64,000 nucleotides of DNA from Macrostomum lignano (Eukaryota), in NCBI GenBank assembly GCA_002269645.1, contig NIVC01000684.1:124001-188000 (forward strand). Direction: 5' to 3'. This document shows positions 52,573-64,000 of the stretch, one piece after another (within the stretch, counting starts at the first letter, position 1; each line of letters opens with the position of its first letter). The notes under the pieces were generated by a model. That model had not been told where the DNA came from and did not search any database. It saw nothing but the letters and a program-made list of their open reading frames with translations. The position numbers were made by a program, and so were the translations under genes.

Positions 52573-53658
52573 TCTCCGTGCACGTTACATTGGCAAACCT
52601 ATCTTGGATTAGATTAAATGCGCGTAAGCCCAAGTGGGCTGGGCTGCAAACAGCTATACTGTATTATTGCTTCTGCCAGTCTATTTGAGCTTACTTGCAT
52701 TGAAATAAAGCAAAGATATATTTGCCAAAGTACTGGAGCTTTTGTCTATGGCAACAAGGTTGGCACAGCGGTAGATAATTGGGTCCAACGAGCATCAATT
52801 TGGTCCATATAGCGGCTCTATAGCTTCACCCGGCCCTAAGATTTTAATCTAGACCACAGAAATTAGAATAGCTAGATAGGCCAAATGTAGATGGTCAATG
52901 TATTTGAAGACTTGCTTTGTCTGTTTTTATGGTGAAATTTGTAGTTGTCTATGGCCCAAGGCAAATCGCACAACTGTATAGAATTGATTGCGCGCCTAAA
53001 TTCTCAAACTATATATGGTTGTTCCACAGACCCCGCTTGGAACATAGACTCCTGCAGAGCTCGTTGACTTGTAAAATTCTATTCATGTACATTTTGTGCG
53101 AGTCATACATGTAAAAATCTTGTCTATCAGTTCGTTAATGTGATTTCACACTGTTGTTGTGGAAACAAGTACAGTGTTAACAGTACGTTTAAACAAGCAG
53201 TTAATTATTATGTCGTTAAGCAGAATAAAACATGTATTAGCAAAATATTTATGGCAATATATTCATGCACAATTCTCAAATGCTTTTGTTTTACAAATCC
53301 ACTCATGCCATTCAGAATAAAAATATTTTGCTTCATCAACCACATGTTAGCTCAGCTCATGTATTTGTGCTGACATGTACATTGATAAACTCCGGTATGC
53401 TCTTGGATGTCTCTTATCGCTCGACGCTAACTCGCTAAAATTATAGATAGCTAGTCATATTTATAGGATATTACATGTAAAGTATACTTTTTTAATCGAT
53501 ACGTACATTGTCTTCTCAATCTGTCCTCACCCAACTCATCAATTATAGATTGTTTTGTTGATACGGACTAGCTATACTCGTACTGCAAGCTATATACCAT
53601 CGCATACCTAAATTTTTAGGCTTTAACATTTTCATTTGGTTTTGAACGTAAACAAATA

Positions 53659-53946
53659 CTCAGCAACATTAAAAAGTCGCCAAAGAACCAGTGAGCAGTG
53701 TCTTTCGACCAGCAGCGTCTACTGCACCTCATGGCAACGTACCATTTTGATTTTTTAAAAGCTTAAAAACAATGAAAATTGGGCGGAATTGCTTCAATCC
53801 ATCCAATTCCATCGCCCTCCGCTCTTCCCAACCCCCCCTAGCCTCACCCAGCCCAACGCTGCGCCGCGTGGCGCAAGTTGCGCCACTCAAAAGTCAATCT
53901 GAGCTGGAATTTACTGCGCAGTTGGCGACTTTTTAACGTAGTTGAG
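53659..53946. mobile_element. TA-flanked MITE, family shared with 6389-6560
   Basis: TA|CTCAGCAACATTAAAAAGTCGCCAA … TTGGCGACTTTTTAACGTAGTTGAG|TA. Confidence 0.65.
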
Positions 53947-54773
53947 TATAATATATTTATTGGGCAAATAGCTTCGATACTTTTTCTGGAGTTGCTATAT
54001 TTTTTTATTGTTTAAAAAAGCCATCTTTAATTTATTGAAGGAGCTTTTTTAAATAGAAGGACGCTACGCTTGCTAATCGTGTTAAATTTTTGTCGACTGA
54101 CTATACTAACTGCTGGTTCTTTATTTATCGTTTACATGTTTTGTTAAATAACTGCATTAACGAACTTCGTGCAAGTATGAGCACATGCATTAATGAATGC
54201 GCATATGCTGCACGTTCTTGTACACGAAAATTGCATCCAGTTTGCAAGGTAATATTAACTTGGCAATCCATAAACGCTGCTATCAATAAGCTACCTTTAG
54301 AGATCTTAATTATTAATCTTATACAGTTTTCTAGGCAGTCCGTCAATTAGGCTTCTAATCGGTTCGGATCTTCCAAGAAAAAAACTGTTTAACTATTTAA
54401 CTTTGTTGAAGGTCTGGCGGCTGTCTGTCTGTCTTAAGAGTCTCATTTTGCACAAGTTTTCACTTTCTTCTTGGCTTATTTGGACCATTTAATAATTACA
54501 ACCTTTGTAGCACGTTTTTTCACTCAAGTTTAGGAGACAAAAAGTTATATTTTACAATTTAGATCTGGTTCTAGGACCTGAAAAACAAGCAATCAAAAAG
54601 GCTCAGTGTATTTTAATTCATTTTCTTAAAATTTTATTTCTTAGAAACTTATTCAAACCACGAGTGTTTTGAATTGCCGGGCATGTCACGCAGACGCATT
54701 TGTTTCCCCATTGATATTCGCATTGATATTCAAATTTTAACAAAAGCAAAATACTAAAAGCAACCCGTAGCAT

Positions 54774-57444
54774 GAAACTTTACACAGAGTAAACTGCAAC
54801 CGTGAAACGACTATTGGTCAAGTTTCAGCTCGATATGTAACTTTGGCTCTGAGCAGGAGCGATTTTCGATGTGTTCCATTTAAAATACATGTGATTCCAA
54901 AATTCATATTGATATTCGAGTACAGGTACTTCTGCTTCACCGATCTTGACGAAACTTTACACAGAGTAAACTGCAACCGTGAAACGACTATTGGTCAAGT
55001 TTCAGCTCGATATGTAACTTTGGCTCTGAGCAGGAGCGATTTTCGATGTGTTCCATTTAAAATACATGTGATTCCAAAATTCATATTGATATTCGAGTAC
55101 AGGTACTTCTGCTTCACCGATCTTGACGAAACTTTACACAGAGTAAACTGCAACCGTGAAACGACTATTGGTCAAGTTTCAGCTCGATATGTAACTTTGG
55201 CTCTGAGCAGGAGCGATTTTCGATGTGTTCCATTTAAAATACATGTGATTCCAAAATTCATATTGATATTCGAGTACAGGTACTTCTGCTTCACCGAGCC
55301 TGATGAAACTTTACACAGAGTAAACTGCAACCGTGAAACGACTATTGGTCAAGTTTCAGCTCGATATGTAACTTTGGCTCTGAGCAGGAGCGATTTTCGA
55401 TGTGTTCCATTTAAAATACACGTGATTCCTAAATTCATATTGATATTCGAGTACAGGTACTTCTGCTTCACCGATCTTGACGAAACTTTACACAGAGTAA
55501 ACTGCAACCGTGAAACGACTATTGGTCAAGTTTCAGCTCGATATGTAACTTTGGCTCTGAGCAGGAGCGATTTTCGATGTGTTCCATTTAAAATACATGT
55601 GATTCCAAAATTCATATTGATATTCGAGTACAGGTACTTCTGCTTCACCGATCTTGACGAAACTTTACACAAAGTAAACTGCAACCGTGAAACGACTATT
55701 GGTCAAGTTTCAGCTCGATATGTAACTTTGGCTCTGAGCAGGAGCGATTTTCGATGTGTTCCATTTAAAATACACGTGATTCCTAAATTCATATTGATAT
55801 TCGAGTACAGGTACTTCTGCTTCACCGATCTTGACGAAACTTTACACAGAGTAAACTGCAACCGTGAAACGACTATTGGTCAAGTTTCAGCTCGATATGT
55901 AACTTTGGCTCTGAGCAGGAGCGATTTTCGATGTGTTCCATTTAAAATACATGTGATTCCAAAATTCATATTGATATTCGAGTACAGGTACTTCTGCTTC
56001 ACCGATCTTGACGAAACTTTACACAGAGTAAACTGCAACCGTGAAACGACTATTGGTCAAGTTTCAGCTCGATATGTAACTTTGGCTCTGAGCAGGAGCG
56101 ATTTTCGATGTGTTCCATTTAAAATACATGTGATTCCAAAATTCATATTGATATTCGAGTACAGGTACTTCTGCTTCACTGATCTTGACGAAACTTTACA
56201 CAAAGTAAACTGCAACCGTGAAACGACTATTGGTCAAGTTTCAGCTCGATATGTAACTTTGGCTCTGAGCAGGAGCGATTTTCGATGTGTTCCATTTAAA
56301 ATACACGTGATTCCTAAATTCATATTGATATTCGAGTACAGGTACTTCTGCTTCACCGATCTTGACGAAACTTTACACAGAGTAAACTGCAACCGTGAAA
56401 CGACTATTGGTCAAGTTTCAGCTCGATATGTAACTTTGGCTCTGAGCAGGAGCGATTTTCGATGTGTTCCATTTAAAATACATGTGATTCCAAAATTCAT
56501 ATTGATATTCGAGTACAGGTACTTCTGCTTCACCGATCTTGACGAAACTTTACACAGAGTAAACTGCAACCGTGAAACGACTATTGGTCAAGTTTCAGCT
56601 CGATATGTAACTTTGGCTCTGAGCAGGAGCGATTTTCGATGTGTTCCATTTAAAATACATGTGATTCCAAAATTCATATTGATATTCGAGTACAGGTACT
56701 TCTGCTTCACCGATCTTGACGAAACTTTACACAGAGTAAACTGCAACCGTGAAACGACTATTGGTCAAGTTTCAGCTCGATATGTAACTTTGGCTCTGAG
56801 CAGGAGCGATTTTCGATGTGTTCCATTTAAAATACATGTGATTCCAAAATTCATATTGATATTCGAGTACAGGTACTTCTGCTTCACCGATCTTGACGAA
56901 ACTTTACACAAAGTAAACTGCAACCGTGAAACGACTATTGGTCAAGTTTCAGCTCGATATGTAACTTTGGCTCTGAGCAGGAGCGATTTTCGATGTGTTC
57001 CATTTAAAATACATGTGATTCCAAAATTCATATTGATATTCGAGTACAGGTACTTCTGCTTCACTGATCTTGACGAAACTTTACACAAAGTAAACTGCAA
57101 CCGTGAAACGACTATTGGTCAAGTTTCAGCTCGATATGTAACTTTGGCTCTGAGCAGGAGCGATTTTCGATGTGTTCCATTTAAAATACACGTGATTCCT
57201 AAATTCATATTGATATTCGAGTACAGGTACTTCTGCTTCACCGATCTTGACGAAACTTTACACAGAGTAAACTGCAACCGTGAAACGACTATTGGTCAAG
57301 TTTCAGCTCGATATGTAACTTTGGCTCTGAGCAGGAGCGATTTTCGATGTGTTCCATTTAAAATACATGTGATTCCAAAATTCATATTGATATTCGAGTA
57401 CAGGTACTTCTGCTTCACTGATCTTGACGAAACTTTACACAGAG
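54774..57444 (+). repeat. 177-bp tandem array, left arm (15 units)
   Basis: GAAACTTTACAC recurs at 54774, 54951 … 57429 (15 x 177). Confidence 0.96.
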
Positions 57445-59593
57445 CAGGCCAGCGTGCGCCGCGTCGACTTGAGCCTCGAGCGAGTCTATCAGCGTCCAGG
57501 TCTCGGCGTTGTATAACAGGACGGTCTCGATCACCGCCTGGAACAGCGCCGCCCTCTGGCGGTCCGGTAGGGCCTCGGACTGCAGGACTGACCTTATAGA
57601 ACGAAAGGCAGCCCAGGCAAGTCCTCGGCGACGCCGCAGATCCTCGCGGACGTCGGGAACCAGACCGCCGAGGTAGACGAACTGCTGACATCTTGGAAGC
57701 TCACTCGCCTGTCCGTCAGCGCCTCGGCAGAAGATTGCAGCCTCGGTGTCGTCCGGCACGCATAGCACGACGGTCTTCTGCGTGTTGACCACCAGGCCGA
57801 CGCTCGCCGCAACGGCAACCAGCCTATCCAGCTGTCGTTGGGCGCCCTCGAGGGCGAGGTCATCGGCGTAGCCAAGCACGCTGAGCCGTCTCTCCGGTTG
57901 GCGTCGACCCACGCGTCGCCGCAGCAGGAAGCTGTCGTCGTTGGAAGGCAGAGCAGTCCGTAGCACCCAGTCAAGCACCAGAATAAATAGGAACGGCGCT
58001 AGCGTATCTCCCTGGAGCACCCCAGAGGATGTCTCGAAGAAATCCGATAGGCCGTCCGGTGTTGAGACAGCAGCCGTCGTGCCGTGGTACAGCGCCATGA
58101 CAGCAGAAATCAGCAGCTCTGGCACGTTGTACGCACGGAGCACCTCTGGGAGCGCGTCCCTCACGACCGAGTCGAAGGCCTTCCTGAAATCGACGAAGAT
58201 TAGGATCAGGGTCAACTGGCGGATGCGCGCCTCCTCGATGACTCGCCGAAGAGCCAGGATCTGCGTCACTGTGCCGCGATGGGGCCGGAAACCGTTTTGC
58301 TCAGGCCACAGGTACGGGTCCAGCACAGTCTGTAACCGCGATAGCAGCATGCGGTTGAACAGCTTCGCGGCGCAGGACTGTAGGCAGATGCCTCGATGCT
58401 CCTCGAGCTTGGTGGTGCCCGGCTTCTTTGGAATGGCGACGATGTGCGCCGTGGTCCATTCGTTTGGCGCCACCTCACCGGAAAGCACGCGGTTCATCAC
58501 TCTGGCGACCTCAGTGGCCACGCAGTGGATCCGCAGCGCCTCGGTGGGCACCTCGTCCGGACCAAGCGCTTTGCCGCCCGGCGACTGCCGAGCGAACTTC
58601 ACAACGTCGGCTGTGCTGACTGGGGCAACGTTGAAGCTCTCCTTCGCTGCAACGGCGTCTCCGGCGGCAGCCTCAGATTTTCTGGAAGCGGAGGGGGCGC
58701 GTTGACAATGGCGGCGAAGAACTCGCGCAGCTCGTTCCTGCGCTCATCCGGAATGTCGCCTGCCTGGTTGAGCGCGATGCGCCGCTTTCGCCCCGTCAGA
58801 GTGTTGATGACGGACCAGGCCACGCGCCCTCTGGCATCGGGCCCTGCGGCAGAGACGGCTTGGATGGCGTCATCGACAGCGGACTGCTGCCGCTGCAGTT
58901 AGACAGCTGCCAGAGCCTCCTCCGCCTCGCCAGTTTGCCGCCCACTCAGACGGAGCCTCTCCAGATCTTCCCTCGCTTCGTCGATCGCGGGGTCGTCCTG
59001 CCAGACCGGCTGCCCGCGCTGGGCCGGTCGCATCAGCGGGACTGCTTGCTCCGCAGCGGCTCGAACTGCAGCGCTCACCTCCGCGTACTCGGCTCCTCCA
59101 CGCTTGTCGCCCAGCGCAGTGACAAAGGCACCGGCAAAGCGACGCCGCGTCTCGGCGTCCCTGAGCGCGCGGTAGTAGCCCGCGGTGGCCGCTTTGGCGG
59201 ACGGTAGAGCGGGTCCCGAAGCCGAAGGTCGCAGATGAGCAGCCGATGGTCGGACCGCAGAGCCAGTGGCGTAATGGTGCGGCAGTTAGTGACGCGGCGG
59301 CGCTCACGAAAGCGCACAAGCACGTGGTCGAGCTGTGCCAGCCTCCGCGTAGCGTTCCGGCCGCGCGCGTTCCGCCGCCTCCGCTTGCAGCCCACAAGGT
59401 CGCGAGCCTGCCCGGTGACTTGCGGAATCTGGTGTTGGCCGACACCATGTCCTGTCTCTCCAGGATGTCCTCTAGCGCTCCGGTGTTGCCGTTCTCGCGC
59501 GCTGTCACAAACAGCGATCGCTCGGACCTACGCAGAACTGCGTTCAGGTCTCCGAGAATGACCACTGTGTCACGTTGCGCCATCTCCTCCACC
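57445..59593 (-). pseudogene. Non-LTR retrotransposon (RTE-like) APE-RT ORF fragment, truncated at both ends and frameshifted
   Basis: APE motifs VVILGDLNA and LDHVLV…SDH. RT motifs IPKKPG, QNGFRPHRG, FVDFRKAFDSV, GVLQGDTLAP and YADD. It is split over several ORFs, lacks the APE N-terminus, and ends just after AETWTL…VDAAHAGLL with no 3' UTR or tail. Confidence 0.9.
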
Positions 59594-62043
59594 TACTCGA
59601 ATATCAATACGAATTTTGGAATCACATGTATTTTAAATGGAACACATCGAAAATCGCTCCTGCTCAGAGCCAAAGTTACATATCGAGCTGAAACTTGACC
59701 AATAGTCGTTTCACGGTTGCAGTTTACTCTGTGTAAAGTTTCGTCAAGATCGGTGAAGCAGAAGTACCTGTACTCGAATATCAATATGAATTTTGGAATC
59801 ACATGTATTTTAAATGGAACACATCGAAAATCGCTCCTGCTCAGAGCCAAAGTTACGTATCGAGCTGAAACTTGACCAATAGTCGTTTCACGGTTGCAGT
59901 TTACTCTGTGTAAAGTTTCATCAGGCTCGGTGAAGCAGAAGTACCTGTACTCGAATATCAATATGAATTTTGGAATCACATGTATTTTAAATGGAACACA
60001 TCGAAAATCGCTCCTGCTCAGAGCCAAAGTTACATATCGAGCTGAAACTTGACCAATAGTCGTTTCACGGTTGCAGTTTACTCTGTGTAAAGTTTCGTCA
60101 AGATCGGTGAAGCAGAAGTACCTGTACTCGAATATCAATATGAATTTTGGAATCACGTGTATTTTAAATGGAACACATCGAAAATCGCTCCTGCTCAGAG
60201 CCAAAGTTACATATCGAGCTGAAACTTGACCAATAGTCGTTTCACGGTTGCAGTTTACTCTGTGTAAAGTTTCGTCAAGATCGGTGAAGCAGAAGTACCT
60301 GTACTCGAATATCAATATGAATTTTGGAATCACATGTATTTTAAATGGAACACATCGAAAATCGCTCCTGCTCAGAGCCAAAGTTACGTATCGAGCTGAA
60401 ACTTGACCAATAGTCGTTTCACGGTTGCAGTTTACTCTGTGTAAAGTTTCATCAGGCTCGGTGAAGCAGAAGTACCTGTACTCGAATATCAATATGAATT
60501 TTGGAATCACATGTATTTTAAATGGAACACATCGAAAATCGCTCCTGCTCAGAGCCAAAGTTACATATCGAGCTGAAACTTGACCAATAGTCGTTTCACG
60601 ATTGCAGTTTACTCTGTGTAAAGTTTCGTCAAGATCGGTGAAGCAGAAGTACCTGTACTCGAATATCAATATGAATTTTGGAATCACGTGTATTTTAAAT
60701 GGAACACATCGAAAATCGCTCCTGCTCAGAGCCAAAGTTACATATCGAGCTGAAACTTGACCAATAGTCGTTTCACGGTTGCAGTTTACTCTGTGTAAAG
60801 TTTCGTCAAGATCGGTGAAGCAGAAGTACCTGTACTCGAATATCAATATGAATTTAGGAATCCCATGTATTTTAAATGGAACACATCGAAAATCGCTCCT
60901 GCTCAGAGCCAAAGTTACATATCGAGCTGAAACTTGACCAATAGTCGTTTCACGGTTGCAGTTTACTCTGTGTAAAGTTTCATCAGGCTCGGTGAAGCAG
61001 AAGTACCTGTACTCGAATATCAATATGAATTTTGGAATCACATGTATTTTAAATGGAACACATCGAAAATCGCTCCTGCTCAGAGCCAAAGTTACATATC
61101 GAGCTGAAACTTGACCAATAGTCGTTTCACGGTTGCAGTTTACTTTGTGTAAAGTTTCGTCAAGATCGGTGAAGCAGAAGTACCTGTACTCGAATATCAA
61201 TATGAATTTTGGAATCACATGTATTTTAAATGGAACACATCGAAAATCGCTCCTGCTCAGAGCCAAAGTTACATATCGAGCTGAAACTTGACCAATAGTC
61301 GTTTCACGGTTGCAGTTTACTCTGTGTAAAGTTTCGTCAAGATCGGTGAAGCAGAAGTACCTGTACTCGAATATCAATATGAATTTTGGAATCACATGTA
61401 TTTTAAATGGAACACATCGAAAATCGCTCCTGCTCAGAGCCAAAGTTACATATCGAGCTGAAACTTGACCAATAGTCGTTTCACGGTTGCAGTTTACTCT
61501 GTGTAAAGTTTCGTCAAGATCGGTGAAGCAGAAGTACCTGTACTCGAATATCAATATGAATTTAGGAATCACGTGTATTTTAAATGGAACACATCGAAAA
61601 TCGCTCCTGCTCAGAGCCAAAGTTACATATCGAGCTGAAACTTGACCAATAGTCGTTTCACGGTTGCAGTTTACTTTGTGTAAAGTTTCGTCAAGATCGG
61701 TGAAGCAGAAGTACCTGTACTCGAATATCAATATGAATTTTGGAATCACATGTATTTTAAATGGAACACATCGAAAATCGCTCCTGCTCAGAGCCAAAGT
61801 TACATATCGAGCTGAAACTTGACCAATAGTCGTTTCACGGTTGCAGTTTACTTTGTGTAAAGTTTCGTCAAGATCGGTGAAGCAGAAGTACCTGTACTCG
61901 AATATCAATATGAATTTTGGAATCACATGTATTTTAAATGGAACACATCGAAAATCGCTCCTGCTCAGAGCCAAAGTTACATATCGAGCTGAAACTTGAC
62001 CAATAGTCGTTTCACGGTTGCAGTTTACTCTGTGTAAAGTTTC
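59594..62043 (-). repeat. 177-bp tandem array, right arm, inverted (~13.8 units)
   Basis: AAAGTTTC ends at 59742 … 62043 (13 x 177), plus a 148-bp partial unit next to the insert. Confidence 0.96.
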
Positions 62044-63610
62044 ATGCTACGGGTTGCTTTTAGTATTTTGCTTTTGTTAAAATTTGAATATCAATGCGAA
62101 TATCAATGGGGAAACAAATGCGTTCACGCAGTCACTCAGTCGCTGGCCAGCAAGTAAGTCGTAAGTAACAACGTGTAACGCATTATTTCTTACCAGAAAT
62201 CATAACAGTCATTAGTAATTGTTGTATTGTATATGTGATTCCACCATTAACGGTTTTTAAGTTACTTTTTATGAATTCGCAAATATAATACAAAGCTAAT
62301 TAGTAATTACAATAGCAGAATAGCTAAGCTAGGCCCTATCACAGCTATCGAGGCCTACCCGCCGTACCCGGCCAGCCGGCCTAGCTATAATTAATTAATC
62401 TAGGCCTATGATTGCCGCGACTCGCTTAGTCAATATGTTTGCTCTTCAGTCTTCAGTAGGCTAGCCTAATTCAATGATGGAGCCTTTTACTTGCCTACTA
62501 GTACTAAACTATACTAGAACAGGTCCTGGTCCTTTTTTCAACTGCTGTTTTGTCCACTGGGCACTGGGTTGACAAGGAGTGGATAGAATAGAATTACAAA
62601 AGATTTGGTTTTGTGCCAGTAGCTAGAGTGCCCAAATTTACTTTGTTAGGGGTAGGCCCTATGCAAGTTCACAACAAAAGACAAGAGGTCTAACTGCCCC
62701 CTTACTTTTATTTTACTATCTTCCTTAACTTAAGCTTATATGTAGGCCTAGCTTATGGTTACACAAAAGTTATGTCTAGATGCAATGTTTAGCCTATACT
62801 GATAGTGAATTAATATTGTAATGTAAGAAGATAAAAATGAATTAGGGCCTAATCTTATATGGCTATAGTAATTTCACTCCTTTTTTAAGAGAATTGCATT
62901 TTACTATTTATTATGGCTAAAAATTAATTTAAATGATTTGACTGATTTGTGTAAAAATTTGTAAGAAAACCAAATGTGCATTATAAATGCCAAACCAAAT
63001 GCATGCAAAAAATTCTAGCATGAATAATATCTTCAGAGTGTGGTTTTTTCACTTTTATAATGCAATATAATGTTAGGCCTAACAAATGATTTAAGCCAGT
63101 TATTAGGCCTCCCCCCATCATATATCTTATAGGCCTAAATTATAATATAAATAAATTAAGTGACTGAAGTGACTAAAATACATTAAGCTAACTAGGCCTA
63201 GCTAAGTAGATTAAAAATACAAAGGTCAATGTTTAATAATAGGCCCCTACTAGTAGGCCCCTACTTAGAAACAAGTACAAATGTGATATAAGTCATATAA
63301 AGACAAATATTTTCTAATTAGTTTAAGATAGAGCCTATCAATATCATACAACAAAAATGATACAAATTATTAAAGCAGTTATTTTATTTTCCTTATTATA
63401 AAATAAAAAAAATTTCTTGTAAAAATGTCATCAAAGATTGATGTAAAAAATAGAATCAGCTAGGCCTAGCTTATTTTGCTATGCCTATAAAAAGTTATAT
63501 AATATTAGAAGACAACATTGATCATATTCAATGAATCAATGGGATAAATAAATTATGCCACATTCAATGCTGAAGCAAGTTTAGATAAAAAACCATAGAA
63601 CATTTTAAAG

Positions 63611-63759
63611 CAGTGGTTCTCAACCTATGGGTTGCAACCCCCAGTGGGGTTGCATGACCATTTTCTAGGGGTTGCAGCACAAAAAATAATAAATAAATAA
63701 CTTAATGATATATTATATTGATTAAAGAAGAAGTTGCCTAAAAAGGTTGAAAACCACTG
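63611..63759. mobile_element. hAT-superfamily MITE (149 bp) with 8-bp TSD
   Basis: TTTTAAAG|CAGTGGTTCTCAACCT … AGGTTGAAAACCACTG|TTTTAAAG. CAGTGGTT(C/T)TCAAC termini and an 8-bp TSD are typical of Charlie/Chap-type hAT elements. Confidence 0.9.
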
Positions 63760-64000
63760 TTTTAAAGCACATATTGAAATATTTAAAAAGTTCTAAGATC
63801 TTTAATTGAAAAAAACAAATTGCAATCATAAAAATGTATTGAATCATTAAAGCCAAAACACAAAGAGAGAAAAAAAGAAAGCTAGGCCCTATATTGCATT
63901 GAGCATCCTATCCCATTGAATCCCATTGAGCATGTCTGAGACTTCCTAAAATACAGCATTCAAAAAGATAATCCACCACAGAAATGTTATAAAGCTGTAT

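Larger units (their letters stand above)
54694..62123. mobile_element. Foldback-type DNA transposon, 7430 bp: satellite-array inverted arms and a captured retrotransposon core, with 8-bp TSD
   Basis: TCACGCAG occurs at 54686-93 and 62124-31. The 80-bp termini (ACGCATTTGTTTCCCCATTGATATTCGCATTGATATTC…CCCGTAGCAT) are identical and inverted. They continue into 177-bp arrays of opposite orientation. Confidence 0.9.

Noticed and set aside
57415-58602. Active reverse transcriptase or novel RT system
   Set aside because: An ordinary non-LTR RT with upstream frameshifts, an apparent short deletion after YADDLAL, and truncation at both ends.
57296-59698. Plus-strand ORFs over the RT fragment as separate genes
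   Set aside because: Antisense shadow frames of GC-rich retrotransposon coding sequence.

Overview
Eukaryotic (metazoan) genomic DNA with GT-AG introns and many minisatellites; a free-living flatworm such as Macrostomum is my unverified guess. Five spliced genes could be assembled by hand: a CCAP-type neuropeptide precursor (-, 930-1246), a four-EF-hand Ca-binding protein (-, 4239-5466), NIPSNAP (-, 9019-11927), a CCDC42/CFAP73-family ciliary coiled-coil gene (+, 12989-15246) and an IRS/DOK-like PH-PTB adaptor (+, 21377-51261). One intron of the adaptor is a ~25.8 kb array of a 34-bp satellite, and another starts with ~50 tandem copies of its own exon/intron junction. The most striking structure is a 7.4 kb foldback-type element (54694-62123). 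It has an exact 8-bp target-site duplication (TCACGCAG), identical 80-bp termini, inverted arms of 177-bp tandem repeats, and a central APE-RT retrotransposon fragment truncated at both ends. Several MITEs, a Tc1-like deletion derivative whose TIR has expanded into a satellite, and many minisatellites are also present. Most long ORFs in the track are repeat artefacts. No CRISPR, rRNA or convincing tRNA genes were found. All coordinates were read by hand, and array edges are approximate.
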